This document shows, piece by piece, positions 53,807-54,998 of a DNA stretch of 54,998 nucleotides. The translations under genes and the position numbers were made by a program. Source of the stretch: a virus. Lineage: Duplodnaviria; Caudoviricetes. The stretch is taken from IMG/VR virus record IMGVR_UViG_3300030376_004186, positions 1 through 54,998 of that record. The stretch is one strand, 5' to 3'. Positions within the stretch are counted from its first letter, which is position 1. Every line of letters starts with the position of its first letter. Below the pieces are notes generated by a model, which saw nothing but the letters and a program-made list of their open reading frames with translations, did not search any database and was not told the DNA's origin.

Positions 53807-54998
53807 TTACCCTTATATTAGATATTACACAATTTGCGGAGATTATAGTGGAAACAACGGAGATTGCGTTCTTTAATGCTGTTTTTGTTACTAACAGCGG
53901 ATCTATAATACCAAATACAACCATATTAACTGTACTGCCGTTGACAACGTCAATTCCTACTCCTTTACCTTTTGGAACCTCGTAATCTTCTATACCCGCG
54001 TTACGTAGTATTGTTTCGAATGGTGCTTTAATTGCGTTTAGCAGTATTGTTTCTCCAACGTTTTCAGGCTCTATACATTGAGAAGCGTTCAACAATGCAA
54101 TTCCACCACCCGGAACAATACCTTCCTTTAATGCGGCTTTAGTTGCGTATATCGCGTCTTCTACTCTATCTTTCTTTTCCTTCAATTCCACTTTAGAATC
54201 TGCTCCTACGCGCACGATTCCTACAGAACCAGATAACATAGCTAGTCTTTGTTCTATAAATTTCTTTAAAAACCCATTCTTCTCCTTGGTTTTTAGTTTC
54301 TGCACTTCTTTTATTCTTTCAGAGACATTTTCTGTAGTTTCTAATGTAGTAATTACAGTATTTTTGTCATCTGTAACAGATTTTTCCACTTCTCCAAGAA
54401 TATCTAAAGATATCCCATCTAAATCATCGCCAAGTTCTTCATTTATAACTGTAGATCCTGTTAAAATCGCTAAATCTTTAATAGTATCTTGTTTTGTTGG
54501 TCCAAAACCAGGTAAATCTACAACATTTACTTTAATTGTCCCTTTAACTTTGTTCATTAAAAGCGCCGATTTTACTTGTTGGCTCACTTGCGCGACTATT
54601 AGTAAAGATCGGTTGTTTTTTATTACAAATTCTAGTATATTTTGTATTTTTCTGACATTTGGGATCTCAGAAGCTACAATTAACACTAATGGATTTTCTA
54701 AAACAGCTCTTTGCTTGTCGTTATCTGTAATAAAATGTGGAGATGTAATCCCGCAATCAATTTGAACACCATCTACAACCTCAACGTAGGTGTTTTCTGT
54801 ATCTGATCCTTCCATAAGCACCACTCCGTCTTTTCCTACCTTCTCGTAAGCTTCAGATATGATCTTCCCAAGAGTTTTATCGTTATTACAACTAATAGCA
54901 CTGACATTTTGTAGCATATCACCTTTGATATCCAGAGAATTTTCTTTAAGGTAATCATTAACTTTCTTCGCACCTGAGTTAATCCCTTCTTTAATCTC
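53793..54998 (-). CDS. groEL: Chaperonin GroEL (5' end lies outside the window)
   Basis: 'VGKDGVV', 'PGFG', 'KEKKDRVEDA..ATKAA..EGIVPGGG', 'GIIDP..VTK.AL.NA.S'; frame open to the window edge. Confidence 0.95.
   Translation of the reverse strand, partial: EIKEGINSGAKKVNDYLKENSLDIKGDMLQNVSAISCNNDKTLGKIISEAYEKVGKDGVVLMEGSDTENTYVEVVDGVQIDCGITSPHFITDNDKQRAVLENPLVLIVASEIPNVRKIQNILEFVIKNNRSLLIVAQVSQQVKSALLMNKVKGTIKVNVVDLPGFGPTKQDTIKDLAILTGSTVINEELGDDLDGISLDILGEVEKSVTDDKNTVITTLETTENVSERIKEVQKLKTKEKNGFLKKFIEQRLAMLSGSVGIVRVGADSKVELKEKKDRVEDAIYATKAALKEGIVPGGGIALLNASQCIEPENVGETILLNAIKAPFETILRNAGIEDYEVPKGKGVGIDVVNGSTVNMVVFGIIDPLLVTKTALKNAISVVSTIISANCVISNIRVNESS

Noticed and set aside
8087-54765. Many + strand ORFs opposite the late genes (e.g. 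12520-12954, 21346-21798, 24832-25332, 38686-39183, 54286-54765) and nested alternate-frame ORFs
   Set aside because: Antisense or alternate-frame shadows of long genes, with S/L/F-biased composition and no leaders or motifs
1-54998. Stop-codon reassignment as in some crAss-like phages
   Set aside because: Genes are full length and tightly packed under the standard code; the two broken genes are frameshifts, not in-frame stops
1-54998. tRNA genes, integrase, introns or inteins
   Set aside because: Intergenic gaps are too short and show no cloverleaf; no recombinase motif; terminase, helicase and RNR have ordinary lengths without intein signatures

Overview
This is about 55 kb of an AT-rich, gene-dense, apparently lytic dsDNA tailed phage (podovirus-like). 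The host is inferred to be Bacteroidota/Flavobacteriia from AT-rich leaders without Shine-Dalgarno sites, an Hc1-like protein and a T9SS-type C-terminal signal. The + strand arm (1-7227) carries replication and nucleotide genes: SSB, T7 gp4-like primase-helicase, a thymidylate-synthase-family enzyme with the dCMP-hydroxymethylase signature, a GIY-YIG-like::MazG fusion, a second MazG-like pyrophosphatase, an endonuclease I-like resolvase, class II RNR, a small outer-membrane barrel and an Hc1-like protein. It ends at a bidirectional terminator. The - strand arm (54998-7289) encodes GroEL (cut by the window edge) and GroES, small basic proteins, a holin, terminase, portal, scaffold-like protein, major capsid, ring/tail proteins and three putative ejected proteins including a 2420-aa polyprotein. 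It continues with an envelope-targeted cassette, a nuclease, a YkuD-like lysin, a paralogue triplet, a tail fibre and a vWA/C-type-lectin-like protein. The best leads are (1) a compact T4-like cytosine-modification and host-DNA-discrimination module, (2) a virion polyprotein whose domains are delimited by a repeated K-F-S-x-S motif and which carries its own zincin, (3) a promoter-headed cassette of exported proteins including a putative T9SS cargo adhesin, and (4) two frameshifting micro-deletions. All family assignments come from motif recognition by eye; no database search was run.
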